From NCBI GenBank assembly GCA_031430615.1, contig JANPBV010000381.1, forward strand, positions 1 to 62,074: DNA of 62,074 bases. The letters run 5' to 3'. The notes beneath the pieces are model-generated. The model was not told where the DNA came from and searched no databases. It was given only the letters and a program-made list of their open reading frames with translations. Position numbers and translations under genes: made by a program. Shown one piece after another: positions 37,036-45,824 of this stretch. Source of the stretch: Ignavibacteria bacterium. Its GTDB lineage: Bacteria > Bacteroidota > Ignavibacteria > Tepidaquicellales > OLB5. Each line of letters opens with the position of its first letter. Position 1 is the first letter of the stretch.

Positions 37036-37115
37036 AAAGATCAGTATAAAATAATTTTAAGTATTTAACAAATAAAAACGAACTAAACTTAATTCAAAAA
37101 GGAGATTCCAATATT

Positions 37116-39254
37116 ATGGAAATGGAAAAGTTCAGTTATGATAATCGGATAGTCCGCAACTTTGCTATCGCTACAATGATATGGGGTGTAGTTGGCATGT
37201 TAGTTGGCTTATTGATAGCATTTCAGATCTACATTCCGGCTTTGAACTTCGGCTTACCTTATACAACATTCAGCCGGTTAAGGCCTTTACACACAAACGC
37301 AGTGATATTTGCATTCGTAGGTAATGCAATGTTCATGGGTATTTATTATTCATTACAAAGAATAACCAAAGCCAGGATGTTCAGCGATCTTTTAAGTAAG
37401 GCGCACTTCTGGGGATGGCAGTCAATAATTTTATGTGCAGCGCTAACACTTCCTTTAGGTATTACCACCAGCAAAGAATATGCTGAACTGGAGTGGCCTA
37501 TTGATATCCTGATCGCACTCGTGTGGGTGGTTTTTGCCATCAACATGTTCGGGACAATAGTGAAACGCCGTGAGAAGCATATGTATGTAGCTATCTGGTT
37601 CTACGTAGCGACTGTTGTTACGGTCGCAGTGCTGCACATTGTTAATTCTATAGAAATACCTGTTACATTATTTAAAAGCTACTCAATGTATGCAGGCGTA
37701 CAGGATGCATTGGTTCAATGGTGGTACGGTCATAATGCAGTAGCGTTCTTTTTAACTACACCGTTTTTAGGCTTGATGTATTATTACCTGCCAAAAGCTG
37801 CAGGCAGACCGGTTTATTCTTATAAACTTTCAATTATTCATTTCTGGTCATTGATATTTATTTATATCTGGGCAGGACCTCATCATTTATTATACACTGC
37901 TTTACCTGACTGGGCACAGTCACTTGGCACAGTATTTTCAATAATGCTTATTGCTCCTTCATGGGGAGGAATGATAAATGGTCTATTGACGCTTCGCGGT
38001 GCGTGGGATAAGGTTCGTGAAGACCCGGTGCTTAAATTCATGGTTGTTGCAGTAACCGCTTACGGTATGGCAACATTTGAAGGTCCGATGCTTTCACTTA
38101 AGAATGTAAATGCTATTGCGCATTATACTGATTGGATAGTTGCGCACGTTCATGTTGGCGCGCTTGGCTGGAACGGTTTCTTATCGTTTGGAATATTATA
38201 CTGGTTAATTCCAAGAATATATAAAACAGAACTATTTTCTAAGAAGCTGGCGAATGTACATTTCTGGATTGGCACTCTTGGAATAGTATTTTACGCAGTG
38301 CCGATGTACTGGTCTGGTATAACACAATCATTGATGTGGAAACAGTTCACACCGGAAGGCATTCTTCAATATCCAAACTTCCTTGAAACTGTAACACAGC
38401 TTATCCCGCTATACGCAATACGCTCAATTGGCGGCACGATGTATTTTGCGGGAGTTATAATTGGCGTTGTAAATTTATTTAAAACAATAAAGCTTGGTAA
38501 GCTTGAAGCTAATGAGCCTGCAGAAGCACCGGCAAGAGAAATGGTTAATCTTGCAACAGCAGGTGAAACCAAACACAGGTGGCTTGAAAGAAAACCGTTG
38601 CAGTTCACTCTTGTTGCGGTAGTACTGGTTTTAATTGGCGGTTTGATAGAAATCATTCCAACCTTCCTTGTAAAATCAAATGTACCGACAATTTCAAGTG
38701 TTAAACCTTATACCCCGCTTGAACTTCAGGGTCGTGACCTATACATAAGAGAAGGATGCAACAACTGCCATTCTCAGATGATAAGACCATTCCGTTCAGA
38801 AACAGAAAGATATGGTGAATATTCAAAAGCGGGTGAATTTGTTTATGACCATCCATTCCTGTGGGGCTCAAAACGCACAGGACCTGATCTTCACAGGGAA
38901 GGTAATAAGTATCCTAATGTATGGCATTACCTGCATATGCAGGATCCACGGCAAATATCACCTGGTTCGATTATGCCAAATTATGCATGGCTGCAGGAAA
39001 ATGACCTGGATATTTCAACAACAGAGGCCAAGATAAATGCAATGCGCACGTTAGGAGTTCCGTATCCTGCAGGATTTGAAAAAATCGCAAATGATGAATT
39101 GATGAAGCAGGCAAAATTGATCACGGATGATCTGAATAAAAACGGCGCACCTGTTACACCTGAGAAGGAAATTATCGCAATGATAGCTTACCTGCAAAGA
39201 TTAGGCATAGATATTAAGGGCGATAATCCTGCCAATTTGAAAGGGGTTAAGTAA
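37116..39254 (+). CDS. ccoN: cbb3-type cytochrome c oxidase, fused subunits I and II (CcoN-CcoO)
   Basis: 712 aa. The N-terminal ~480 aa is a 12+ TM heme-copper oxidase (HNAVAFF, HHLLYT, HYTDWIVAHVH). The C-terminal part has a TM anchor plus the CNNCHS heme-c site. Confidence 0.9.
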   Translation: MEMEKFSYDNRIVRNFAIATMIWGVVGMLVGLLIAFQIYIPALNFGLPYTTFSRLRPLHTNAVIFAFVGNAMFMGIYYSLQRITKARMFSDLLSKAHFWGWQSIILCAALTLPLGITTSKEYAELEWPIDILIALVWVVFAINMFGTIVKRREKHMYVAIWFYVATVVTVAVLHIVNSIEIPVTLFKSYSMYAGVQDALVQWWYGHNAVAFFLTTPFLGLMYYYLPKAAGRPVYSYKLSIIHFWSLIFIYIWAGPHHLLYTALPDWAQSLGTVFSIMLIAPSWGGMINGLLTLRGAWDKVREDPVLKFMVVAVTAYGMATFEGPMLSLKNVNAIAHYTDWIVAHVHVGALGWNGFLSFGILYWLIPRIYKTELFSKKLANVHFWIGTLGIVFYAVPMYWSGITQSLMWKQFTPEGILQYPNFLETVTQLIPLYAIRSIGGTMYFAGVIIGVVNLFKTIKLGKLEANEPAEAPAREMVNLATAGETKHRWLERKPLQFTLVAVVLVLIGGLIEIIPTFLVKSNVPTISSVKPYTPLELQGRDLYIREGCNNCHSQMIRPFRSETERYGEYSKAGEFVYDHPFLWGSKRTGPDLHREGNKYPNVWHYLHMQDPRQISPGSIMPNYAWLQENDLDISTTEAKINAMRTLGVPYPAGFEKIANDELMKQAKLITDDLNKNGAPVTPEKEIIAMIAYLQRLGIDIKGDNPANLKGVK

Positions 39255-39255
39255 A

Positions 39256-39462
39256 ATGTATAAAGAAGTCCTAAAAAGTATTTCAGGTATTGAAATCTAC
39301 CCGGAAATATCACTAGTAATATTCTTTGTGTTCTTTCTTGCCGTACTGGGGTGGAGCTTAACATTGAGCAAAAAATACATCAGCAGAATGGAAAATATTC
39401 CACTTGAAGATGATAATATTACAAGTAGTGAAAACAATATTATTGCAGGAGGTGTAAAATGA
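39256..39462 (+). CDS. Small single-TM cbb3 oxidase subunit (CcoQ-like)
   Basis: 68 aa, one TM helix, between ccoNO and ccoP with an ATGA overlap to ccoP. Call is positional. Confidence 0.55.
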   Translation: MYKEVLKSISGIEIYPEISLVIFFVFFLAVLGWSLTLSKKYISRMENIPLEDDNITSSENNIIAGGVK

Positions 39463-40427
39463 AAAAATTCCTTAATAATAAAACTGCAGTTATAACATTG
39501 GCGCTGCTTAACACAAGCATATTTGCGCAAAATACCACGAGTAAAGATGAAAGTATGAATGAATACTCAAAACTTGCCGGAGCAATGGTATTTTTACTGG
39601 TTGCATTCCTGTTCGTTCTGTTCTTCGTTCTATCAGCTCCTAAGTATACATATTCAGGCAAGCGGAAAAAAGAAGGGTTATCATTTTTAGCTAAACTCTC
39701 AAATGTGATGAACAGGGCTGTACCTATTGAAAAAGAAAAAGATATTATGCTTGAACATGACTTTGACGGGATAAAAGAGCTGAATAATAGTGTACCACCA
39801 TGGTTTAATTTGTTATTTTACGGTTCTATAGTTGTTGCGGTAATTTATTTTGTGAATTACCATGTTATTGGCTCAGGTAATGTAATGGTAGATGAATATG
39901 TTAATGAAGTAAGGATAGCAAATGATAAACGTGAAGAATTAATACGTACAGGCGCGTTTATAAATGAAAATAATGTTGTATTGTTAACCGATGCTGCTGA
40001 GATTGATAAAGGCAAACAGATATGGAATGTGAATTGCACTCCCTGCCACGGACCCGATGGTGGAGGAACAGTTGGACCCAATCTTACAGATAAGAACTGG
40101 ATACACGGCGGCGGGATCAAAAATGTATTTACAACAATCTCAAATGGAGTGCCCGCAAAAGGTATGATATCATGGAAAACCATGCTTTCACCAAAGCAAA
40201 TACAACAGGTAAGCAGTTTCGTTTTAAGTTTACAGGGAACAACTCCTGCAATAGGGAAGCCACTTGAAGGTAATCTGTGGGTCGATACTGTAAAAACAGG
40301 CAATGATTCGGTAAAAGTAAATGATTCAGGTAAAGTTAAGATGGATTCAGTTAAAACAAAAACAGATACTAATAAAATTAAAACAGATACTACAAAGATC
40401 AAAAAAGATTCAATAAAAGCAAAATAA
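39459..40427 (+). CDS. ccoP: cbb3-type cytochrome c oxidase subunit III (CcoP), monoheme with low-complexity tail
   Basis: DGIKELNN.VPPWF FixP N-terminal motif; single CTPCHG heme-c site; the last 48 aa are a K/T/D-rich repeat. Confidence 0.8.
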   Translation: MKKFLNNKTAVITLALLNTSIFAQNTTSKDESMNEYSKLAGAMVFLLVAFLFVLFFVLSAPKYTYSGKRKKEGLSFLAKLSNVMNRAVPIEKEKDIMLEHDFDGIKELNNSVPPWFNLLFYGSIVVAVIYFVNYHVIGSGNVMVDEYVNEVRIANDKREELIRTGAFINENNVVLLTDAAEIDKGKQIWNVNCTPCHGPDGGGTVGPNLTDKNWIHGGGIKNVFTTISNGVPAKGMISWKTMLSPKQIQQVSSFVLSLQGTTPAIGKPLEGNLWVDTVKTGNDSVKVNDSGKVKMDSVKTKTDTNKIKTDTTKIKKDSIKAK

Positions 40428-40440
40428 TTTACGTTTAAAA

Positions 40441-40472
40441 TTCCCTGCTGCCTTCATCCGGTAAGCAGGGAA
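40441..40472 (+). terminator. Stem-loop between ccoP and ccoG (terminator/attenuator-like)
   Basis: ttccctgct-(14 nt)-agcagggaa followed by aatttt; weak U tract. Confidence 0.4.
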
Positions 40473-40498
40473 AATTTTAAGAGCAGCAGCAGAATTTT

Positions 40499-41914
40499 AT
40501 GCATATGCAAAGTCATAATACATTAATAGAAGCAGACTCTTTCAGGGATCACTTAGGTATAATTACCGATGACGGTAAAAGGAAGAATATTTATGCAAAA
40601 AAACCAAAAGGAAGGTTTTATAGCGCAAGGACGATATTCAGCATTTTTCTCTTAGCATTTCTCTTTGGAATGCCCTTAATAAAAATTGATGGACACCCTT
40701 TTATGATGTTCAATATTATTGACCGGAAATTTATACTATTTGGCCAGGTTTTTGGGACACATGATTTCTTTATTCTTGCTCTTGGTTTTATTACACTGAT
40801 TGTATCAATAATTTTATTCACTGCAATTTTCGGAAGAGTGTTCTGCGGCTGGGCTTGTCCGCAAACGGTTTTTCTTGAAATGGTCTTCAGAAAAATTGAA
40901 TTTTTTATTGAAGGCGATTACATAAGGCAAAAAAATCTCAATGCAGCGCCATGGTCGGGTTCCAAGATATTTAAAAAACTCCTTAAATGGGGAATATTCT
41001 TCGTTCTATCGGTACTTATTGCAAATACATTCATTGCATGGGTAGTTGGTATTGATGAGCTTAAGCATATAATCACTGACCCCGTTACAAAGCATATAGG
41101 CGGCTTTATTGCAATGATATTGTTCTCAGGCGCTTTCTATTTTGTATTCGCATGGTTCAGGGAGTATTCTTGTATATACGTCTGCCCTTATGGCAGGCTG
41201 CAGGGCGTACTGCTTGATAAGAGTACTACAGTTATTGCTTATGATTATGTGCGCGGCGAGCCGAGAGGTAAACTAAAAAAAGGCGAGGAACGAACCAATG
41301 GAGATTGTATTGATTGCAAGGAATGCATGGCAGTCTGCCCTACTGCTATTGACATCCGGAACGGCACACAGCTTGAATGTGTAAATTGTACAGCATGTAT
41401 TGATGCCTGTGATAATATTATGGATAAGATCGATAAACCAAGAGGTTTGATAAGGTTTGCTTCTGAGAGTAATATTAAGAATCAGACAAAATTTAAAATA
41501 ACAGCAAGGGTTATTGCTTACTCAGCAGTATTGGTAATATTGATTACTGTTCTAACAATTTTGATAAGTACAAGAAAACCAATTGATGTTACTATATTAC
41601 GGGCGCCGGGGATGATATTTCAGGAACAGCCTGATAATAAGATAAGTAATCTTTACACTATGAAGTTAACCAACAAAACATTTGAGGATATCCCTGTTAC
41701 AATAAAGCTTGAAAATATTGAGGGAGAATTAAAAGTTATCGGTAATGATATTAAAGTTGGCTCTAACGATGTTTCTGAGACAAAATTTCTTGTCCTGCTT
41801 CCAAAAGGTAAATTGAAAACCATGAACATACCAATTGAGATAGGTTTATACAAGAACGGTGAAAGATTTGAAATGAATAAAATTAATTTTTTGGGACCTC
41901 AACAGCAGAAATAA
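40499..41914 (+). CDS. ccoG: cbb3 oxidase accessory 4Fe-4S protein CcoG/RdxA
   Basis: 471 aa; FCGWACPQT, CIYVCPYGR, CIDCKECMAVCP and CVNCTACIDAC cysteine clusters. Confidence 0.9.
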   Translation: MHMQSHNTLIEADSFRDHLGIITDDGKRKNIYAKKPKGRFYSARTIFSIFLLAFLFGMPLIKIDGHPFMMFNIIDRKFILFGQVFGTHDFFILALGFITLIVSIILFTAIFGRVFCGWACPQTVFLEMVFRKIEFFIEGDYIRQKNLNAAPWSGSKIFKKLLKWGIFFVLSVLIANTFIAWVVGIDELKHIITDPVTKHIGGFIAMILFSGAFYFVFAWFREYSCIYVCPYGRLQGVLLDKSTTVIAYDYVRGEPRGKLKKGEERTNGDCIDCKECMAVCPTAIDIRNGTQLECVNCTACIDACDNIMDKIDKPRGLIRFASESNIKNQTKFKITARVIAYSAVLVILITVLTILISTRKPIDVTILRAPGMIFQEQPDNKISNLYTMKLTNKTFEDIPVTIKLENIEGELKVIGNDIKVGSNDVSETKFLVLLPKGKLKTMNIPIEIGLYKNGERFEMNKINFLGPQQQK

Positions 41915-41937
41915 AATATGAAAGGTTCTATTATTAT

Positions 41938-42369
41938 ATGAGCTGGGGAAAAGGTATAATACTTGTTTTTGCTGTATTTATGCTGGGCATTGGAGTTATG
42001 GTATATCAATCCATAACAAAGAACATAGATCTTGTTTCGAATAACTATTATGAAAAAGAATTGAGATACCAGGAACAGATAGACAAGATAAATAATACTA
42101 ATTCATTAAAAGATGGATTGAAAGTTGAATCAACCGGAAATGCAATAATTATAACTTACCCTTCAGATAAGAATAAAATATCCGGTGAAATTTCTTTTTA
42201 TAAGCCATCTGATGCAAAGAATGATTTTAAGGTAAATGTTGAGCCGGGTTCTGATTTGAAGCAGGTATTCAACACTGATAAGCTTACTAAGGGACTGTGG
42301 AAAGTACAGATAAACTGGGCTATGGATGGAAAAGATTATTTTAATGAAGAAAAAGTTATGATTCAGTAA
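41938..42369 (+). CDS. FixH-family protein
   Basis: 143 aa; N-terminal TM then a beta domain; follows ccoG as in other cco clusters. Confidence 0.65.
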   Translation: MSWGKGIILVFAVFMLGIGVMVYQSITKNIDLVSNNYYEKELRYQEQIDKINNTNSLKDGLKVESTGNAIIITYPSDKNKISGEISFYKPSDAKNDFKVNVEPGSDLKQVFNTDKLTKGLWKVQINWAMDGKDYFNEEKVMIQ

Positions 42370-42378
42370 CAATTATTA

Positions 42379-42416
42379 GTTTCCCAAACTGGTCCGCCAG
42401 GGGCGGATTGGGAAAC
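42379..42416. repeat. Nested GC hairpin after fixH
   Basis: gtttcccaa-...tccgcc-aggg-gcgga...-ttgggaaac; no U tract. Confidence 0.6.
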
Positions 42417-42428
42417 AGAATTTAAATC

Positions 42429-42473
42429 GCATTGACAACATAAAGTCAAGTAGTCAATGCATTCCAAAAAAAG
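42429..42473 (+). repeat. GCATTGAC/GTCAATGC hairpin + TCCAAAAAAAG element
   Basis: gcattgac-(16 nt)-gtcaatgc-attccaaaaaaag, ending 5 nt before the ATG at 42478. Related to 26574-26605. Confidence 0.7.
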
Positions 42474-42477
42474 ATAA

Positions 42478-43170
42478 ATGGAATTATTAAGTGGATTTTT
42501 GGTAGGATTATTAGGCAGCTTTCACTGCATTGGAATGTGCGGACCGATTGCTGTTGCCCTGCCAAAGAGTAATAATTTAATACTTTCAAGATTGCTTTAT
42601 AATGTAGGCAGGGTTATAACATACTCAATGCTTGGATTATTGTTTGGTTTACTTGGCTCAAGGCTTGAGATGTTCGGGCTTCAGAGGATAATTTCAATTT
42701 CTCTGGGAATAATAATACTGCTATCGGTAATTACCCCTGCTGCTTATAGGATAAAACTTTCAAGTATGTTGGGTCTATACAAACTTGTTGGAGTGCTGAA
42801 AGTATATTTCGGAAAGATGTTCAAAATCCACTCGAAAGCCTCAATGCTTGTAATAGGCATTTTAAACGGTCTATTACCTTGTGGGTTCGTTTATATAGGC
42901 ATAACAGGCGCAATTGCATTGGGTGACCCTGTTAATGGAATGCTCTTTATGATGATGTTTGGTATTGGCACAATGCCGATGATGTTTGGGGTTTTTATAA
43001 TAGGGAATGTAATTAATATGAATTTCAGGCAAAAGCTAACAAGGTTATTACCGGTATTTTCACTGATACTTGCTGCTGTTTTTATACTTCGCGGTTTAAA
43101 CCTTGGGATACCTTATTTAAGTCCAAAATTAGAACATAAGCCTGCAACAGAGCAGGTTATTTGCCATTAA
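42478..43170 (+). CDS. TauE/SafE- or DsbD_2-like membrane protein of cco clusters
   Basis: 230 aa; 6-7 TM; GSFHCIGMCGPI motif near the N-terminus; last gene of the cco cluster. Confidence 0.6.
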   Translation: MELLSGFLVGLLGSFHCIGMCGPIAVALPKSNNLILSRLLYNVGRVITYSMLGLLFGLLGSRLEMFGLQRIISISLGIIILLSVITPAAYRIKLSSMLGLYKLVGVLKVYFGKMFKIHSKASMLVIGILNGLLPCGFVYIGITGAIALGDPVNGMLFMMMFGIGTMPMMFGVFIIGNVINMNFRQKLTRLLPVFSLILAAVFILRGLNLGIPYLSPKLEHKPATEQVICH

Positions 43171-43243
43171 ATGCTATTATCAATAATTGCTTAAGGAAAT
43201 AATAATTCTAAAATCCCTAATTTAATTTAGCTCAATCAAAAAA

Positions 43244-43405
43244 ATGACTCCGTAGGAGTCAAATGTTTATAGAAAAATTTGAAATGATGAATTGACCCCA
43301 TAGGGGTCAAACATGAAACAACATTTATACATATGTGCGACTCCTATGGAGTCGAAACAGAAATCAAACAAAAATCTATAAACGTTCAACTCCTACGGAG
43401 TTGAA
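43244..43405 (+). repeat. Four-hairpin array, locus 2 (unit order A-B-C-D)
   Basis: tgactcc-gta-ggagtca (43244), ttgacccc-ata-ggggtcaa (43291), cgactcc-tat-ggagtcg (43337), caactcc-tac-ggagttg (43386). Confidence 0.9.
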
Positions 43406-43480
43406 TTCTTTTCTTTGGATACCTTCCTTCGCCAAGGCTCAGTAAGGCTTACCCGCTTTCTCGGGGTATGATATTTACAC

Positions 43481-43963
43481 TCACCTGCTGTAATCGTTAT
43501 TACCTAAACGACTTTCATAACGTTTAATAAGCTCGATATTTTTCTTCTCTACATCGGTTATCATATCATCAACGTTTTCGTATTTTGGAACGTACCATTT
43601 TTCATACATAAAATAATTCCGCATTTCTTCTGTCTTGAAAATATAACCATGTCTTGCGAAAATTTCATTCCGCATGATTTTTAAATCCCACCCGGATAGA
43701 TTATTCACATCATCGGCTGTAAGAAGCTTATCAGATGCCTGCGGAAATATGCTGCTGTTTCCTCCGGCTGAGTTATTCCCATTATTGACCGAGCTTTGGG
43801 AATTCTTCTGCATATCCAGTTCTTTTTCCTTCAGCTTAAGCTCTTTTTCTTTCAACTCAAGTTCTTTTTTCTTAAGGTCATTTGATGAAGAATCTTCGCT
43901 CTTATTGCAGATAGCTGCTGTAAAAGCAAATGCTAAAAATGGTATTAATATTAGTTTTTTCAT
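43481..43963 (-). CDS. YARHG domain-containing secreted protein
   Basis: Signal peptide MKKLILIPFLAFAF; coiled KELELKEKELKLKEKEL; C-terminal LKIMRNEIFARHGYIFK (YARHG). Internal ATG chosen, since the long ORF crosses the IR at 43995-44018. Confidence 0.75.
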   Translation of the reverse strand: MKKLILIPFLAFAFTAAICNKSEDSSSNDLKKKELELKEKELKLKEKELDMQKNSQSSVNNGNNSAGGNSSIFPQASDKLLTADDVNNLSGWDLKIMRNEIFARHGYIFKTEEMRNYFMYEKWYVPKYENVDDMITDVEKKNIELIKRYESRLGNNDYSR

Positions 43964-43994
43964 AATTTTTGTTTTTTTATATAAAAATATTTTT

Positions 43995-44018
43995 GTTGTT
44001 GGTGACAACACCAACAAC
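43995..44018. repeat. GTTGTTGGTG...CACCAACAAC inverted-repeat element (copy 4, short form)
   Basis: gttgttggtg-acaa-caccaacaac then tgg, 32 nt upstream of the YARHG gene start. Confidence 0.85.
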
Positions 44019-44038
44019 TGGATAATCGTCTATTAGAT

Positions 44039-44066
44039 ATTTTGATTTTGACATTTGACATTTTGA
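44039..44066 (-). repeat. Tandem heptamer tract x4, minus-strand sense
   Basis: The minus strand reads tcaaaat gtcaaat gtcaaaa tcaaaat, starting 2 nt after the TAA (44068-44070) of the lipoprotein gene. Confidence 0.8.
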
Positions 44067-44067
44067 T

Positions 44068-44982
44068 TTAACGTCCGTATTCATCATAATACTTCTCTGC
44101 GTGCTCTTCATATCGTTTTATCAGTTCGATATTCTTCTTTTCTATTTCAGAAAGCTCATTTCTAACATCAGTGGTAATTGGCATATACCATGGAACAAAT
44201 TGATCGAAAATAAAACGTATCCTGCGGGTTTTAAATGAATACCCGTGTCTGGCATAAATTGCATTCCGGATTATTTCCAAGTCACCCTTATATAGATTTT
44301 CAACATCTTTTTTACTGAGTTCTTTTACGGAAGCATTCAGTTTAGTGACATCACCTGTTAATGATTCAATTTTATCAGGGAACTTTGGACTTTTTTCATA
44401 TAGCTCAGCCCACTTAATATTTTCGGGTAGTTCATTCTGCGGGTCATAACTAAATTCCTTTTTTAAAAGATTATATTTTCTTTCAGTTACGTAAAGTTTT
44501 TTGTCATTTGCTTTCCAGGTTCCCTCCATATAAATCTCATTGGTTTTTGCTTCTTCAATTAATACAATAAAGCTAAACTTACCGTCATATTTGTCATCCC
44601 CCGGCTCCGAAACATCAGCTTTGAAATTTGTGCCTTCCTTTGTATATTTTCCTTTAAAAGGGCGATTATTGCCTGCAACAACACTATGACCGAAAAGCAT
44701 ATCGCCGCTTGATGAATCAATAAAAATTGTTATTCGGTTTTCATATACATAATCTTTGGTTCTATCATAGACTATTGCTTCAAATCCACCGGTATATGTT
44801 CCTATTAGAGGCGAGTTATTTACTTTTGTATCTTTCTTTGGTTCATCAGAATTAGATTTTACATCAGAAGTGTTATTATCTGAAGTTGTATTTTTATTAT
44901 CATTTGTTGAATTACCTGTATCCTGTTTCTTACCGCAGGATATAAACAGGCACAATAGAAGAAAGATTGGAATTAATTTCAT
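44068..44982 (-). CDS. YARHG domain-containing lipoprotein
   Basis: MKLIPIFLLLCLFISC lipobox; C-terminal LEIIRNAIYARHGYSFK. Internal ATG chosen; 2-nt gap from the upstream gene. Confidence 0.75.
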   Translation of the reverse strand: MKLIPIFLLLCLFISCGKKQDTGNSTNDNKNTTSDNNTSDVKSNSDEPKKDTKVNNSPLIGTYTGGFEAIVYDRTKDYVYENRITIFIDSSSGDMLFGHSVVAGNNRPFKGKYTKEGTNFKADVSEPGDDKYDGKFSFIVLIEEAKTNEIYMEGTWKANDKKLYVTERKYNLLKKEFSYDPQNELPENIKWAELYEKSPKFPDKIESLTGDVTKLNASVKELSKKDVENLYKGDLEIIRNAIYARHGYSFKTRRIRFIFDQFVPWYMPITTDVRNELSEIEKKNIELIKRYEEHAEKYYDEYGR

Positions 44983-44984
44983 AA

Positions 44985-45671
44985 TTATTTTTTGAATTTT
45001 ATAAATTTCATAATAATGAGTTCGGCAATAATTAAATTTGGAATCCATCCAAGCCATGCAACTAATTGGTAAACATCCATAGGTTTTGGTTGGAATAAAA
45101 ACACAAGCAGATACTTCCAAGCCCTTAATGTTATTGCAGAAAGAGTCAAAGCAAAAGATCTTATCAGAAATTCGCGGTGAGATTTAAAATCCCATTTAAC
45201 AGCTTTCATTATTGCCATTGAAGTGAAATAAATCCAAAACAAAGCTAGCAGGCAGAAAGAGACCTGAGAGATAGCTCCCCCGTTTGCATACATACCCATG
45301 TAGAAACCTGATGGTCCGGCAAGAAGTATTACGGTAACAGCATATATCCACCCGGTATATTTATGAATTAATGCAAAATTTCTTCTAATATATACAGAAA
45401 ATTGTGTAAATCCTGCTGGAAGAACGAATATTGCTGTATATACATGTGTAAAGAATGCCAGCTTATAGAAAGGAATATCAATAACATCCTGCTTAATTCT
45501 TAAAAAAGCTACATCTGTATTGTATGGAATATATTGCAAAGATATCTTAAGTAAGAGGTATGCAAAGAAGCCATAAATTACTAATAGGAAAGCCGTAAAG
45601 ACCTTAAATCCGGTAACTTTAAATTGTGAGGGCTTCCCGGATGATATGTTATTTTGTATAGCCTGCTGCAA
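44985..45671 (-). CDS. Polytopic membrane protein (DUF2306-like)
   Basis: 228 aa, 6 TM; family assignment from memory only. Confidence 0.45.
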   Translation of the reverse strand: MQQAIQNNISSGKPSQFKVTGFKVFTAFLLVIYGFFAYLLLKISLQYIPYNTDVAFLRIKQDVIDIPFYKLAFFTHVYTAIFVLPAGFTQFSVYIRRNFALIHKYTGWIYAVTVILLAGPSGFYMGMYANGGAISQVSFCLLALFWIYFTSMAIMKAVKWDFKSHREFLIRSFALTLSAITLRAWKYLLVFLFQPKPMDVYQLVAWLGWIPNLIIAELIIMKFIKFKK

Positions 45672-45779
45672 TAATATTGATTGTTATTTTACGAATATAC
45701 TATTACATTCTAAGCTACACAAGAGAGTTGATTATTACTGTAAATAAAGGAGGAAAAACGATAAAAATCATAGTCTAAA

Positions 45780-45793
45780 TTGATGGCAATCAT
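45780..45793. promoter_or_regulatory. FNR/CRP-family box TTGATggcaATCAT
   Basis: 9/10 match to TTGAT-N4-ATCAA. Lies 20 nt upstream of TATTAT (45813-45818), which overlaps TAtcTTTG (45816-45823). Confidence 0.5.
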
Positions 45794-45824
45794 TTTACAT
45801 AAGTAGCGTGAATATTATCTTTGT

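Noticed and set aside
39857-40402. A 181-aa minus-strand ORF.
   Set aside because: It is antisense to ccoP and is an artefact of the low-complexity K/T/D tail and codon bias.
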